This document shows positions 62,935 to 64,000 of a DNA stretch of 64,000 nt, one piece after another. The stretch covers positions 800,001 to 864,000 of the forward strand of contig CAVWLP010000003.1 in assembly GCA_963755915.1 (NCBI GenBank), in the 5' to 3' direction. The position numbers and the translations under genes are program-made. Below the pieces are notes generated by a model. The model was given only the letters and a program-made list of their open reading frames with translations, made no database searches and was not told the origin of the DNA. How positions within the stretch are numbered: position 1 is the first letter of the stretch; the number at the start of each line of letters is the position of its first letter. The DNA is from an uncultured Phycisphaerales bacterium (GTDB lineage Bacteria; Planctomycetota; Phycisphaerae; Tepidisphaerales; Tepidisphaeraceae).

Positions 62935-63425
62935 CTGGCGGGCATGAGAATGTCGAAGCCCCGGCGGCGAGCGCCGGTGGAGTTGGGGTCGAGCATGGCG
63001 CGGCGGGCGCGATAGGCCAGATAGGCGAGGATGGCCTGGCCGGCGACGATGGCGAGGGCGAGGAGGTAATACCACTGATAGACGCTGAAATCGGCCTGGC
63101 GATCGAGAAGGGGCGCCGCCAGCGTGGGGATGATGAAGACGAGGGCGACGGCGGCGATCCAATTGCAGAGGATGCCGCGCAGCCTGGTGAGGAAAAATGA
63201 CAGAATCAGATAAACCGGCGCGGGGGCGGCCCAGATGACGGCAACATAGAGTTGGACGGGAAACGGCGACACATTCCAGTCGGCGGGGAGAAGAATGGCG
63301 CCGCCGGCGAAAATGCTGAGCACGCCCAGGGCCTTGGCCCAGAAAGCAGCCTGGGCAATCCATTGATCGCCGCGCGGGAGGGCGGGGATAGGGCGCAGCC
63401 ACTGAGATTGCTGCGAAGCCGGCAT
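62904..63425 (-). CDS. Hypothetical 4-TM membrane protein
   Basis: Four hydrophobic segments; the 3' end overlaps the end of trpS. Confidence 0.65.
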   Translation of the reverse strand: MPASQQSQWLRPIPALPRGDQWIAQAAFWAKALGVLSIFAGGAILLPADWNVSPFPVQLYVAVIWAAPAPVYLILSFFLTRLRGILCNWIAAVALVFIIPTLAAPLLDRQADFSVYQWYYLLALAIVAGQAILAYLAYRARRAMLDPNSTGARRRGFDILMPASQSILSEREK

Positions 63426-63436
63426 AACGATGGGGA

Positions 63437-64000
63437 TTATACTTCACCCTCCGGGCTGGAAGGAGGGGGAATTTGCGGAGGGGGCGGGGCTTGTTGCGGT
63501 TGCGGAGGGGGCGGTGGTGGAGGCGCTTGAGGGGTGGGATTCTGGCCGTAGCCATAGCCATATCCGTAGCCATAGCCTGCCGGGCCCTGGCCGTATCCGG
63601 CGCCGGCCTGTTGTTGCTGCTGCATCCAGTAGTAGGCCTGCTGCATGGCCTGTGCCTGGGCGCTGCCGCTGGATCGCATGGCTTTTACCAAGTTGAGAAT
63701 CGTGATGACGTTGAGGGCGAGGATCGCCAGGAACATGAGGACCGGCAGGAATGTCATGGGATTGGAAAGATTCGAGACAGCGGAGAGGAAATTGGTGAGC
63801 ATGAAGGACCCGAAGAGGCCGGCGATGACAATCGAAGCGATGATCGCGCCGCGGCTCTCGCGGCGGACGAAAATCGCCAGGACAAGCAGAAGCACTCCGA
63901 CGGAAAAGAAGACGACGGAGCTGGCCATGAACATCAGGCGGATGGCGTGCAGCGAGGTATTTCCGATTTCAGGAAGGCTCGACTGCTGCTGGTGCATCAC
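63437..64000 (-). CDS. Membrane protein with Gln/Gly-Tyr/Pro-rich tail (5' end outside the window)
   Basis: Three TM segments, then QQQQQ, GYGYGYGYG and poly-Pro. Confidence 0.7.
   Translation of the reverse strand: MMHQQQSSLPEIGNTSLHAIRLMFMASSVVFFSVGVLLLVLAIFVRRESRGAIIASIVIAGLFGSFMLTNFLSAVSNLSNPMTFLPVLMFLAILALNVITILNLVKAMRSSGSAQAQAMQQAYYWMQQQQQAGAGYGQGPAGYGYGYGYGYGQNPTPQAPPPPPPPQPQQAPPPPQIPPPSSPEGEV

Noticed and set aside
1-64000. tRNA, rRNA, prophage or integrase genes
   Set aside because: None recognised by eye. tRNAscan-SE and Infernal were not run, so small RNAs could have been missed.

Overview
GC-rich bacterial window, most likely a planctomycete of the Phycisphaerae (inferred from PEP-CTERM/dockerin proteins, gene content and repeat types). 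From left to right it contains: an NMT1/SsuA-type ABC importer; an insertion hot spot with an IS21 element (7-bp target duplication) and an IS110-family element of the IS1111 type; an ABC efflux operon; carbohydrate-active enzymes (CE7, GH39, GH29); a PEP-CTERM aspartyl protease; a ThDP decarboxylase; a ~26 kb exopolysaccharide/exosortase locus with unusual fusion proteins; ettA; duplicated DUF2142 genes around an LtaS-like enzyme; two toxin-antitoxin-like pairs; GH43; and trpS. The strongest signal is in the IS110 3' non-coding end, which folds into a bridge/seek-RNA-like loop whose two guide segments match the two halves of the element's own insertion site. That site is one arm of a perfect 20-bp genomic palindrome. 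The same end shares a ~58-nt hairpin motif with the unrelated IS21 element. Nested short palindromic repeats are also present. About 18 frameshifts, many fixed by restoring one GC dinucleotide, look like systematic sequencing errors rather than real pseudogenes. All family assignments come from motif recognition, not database searches.
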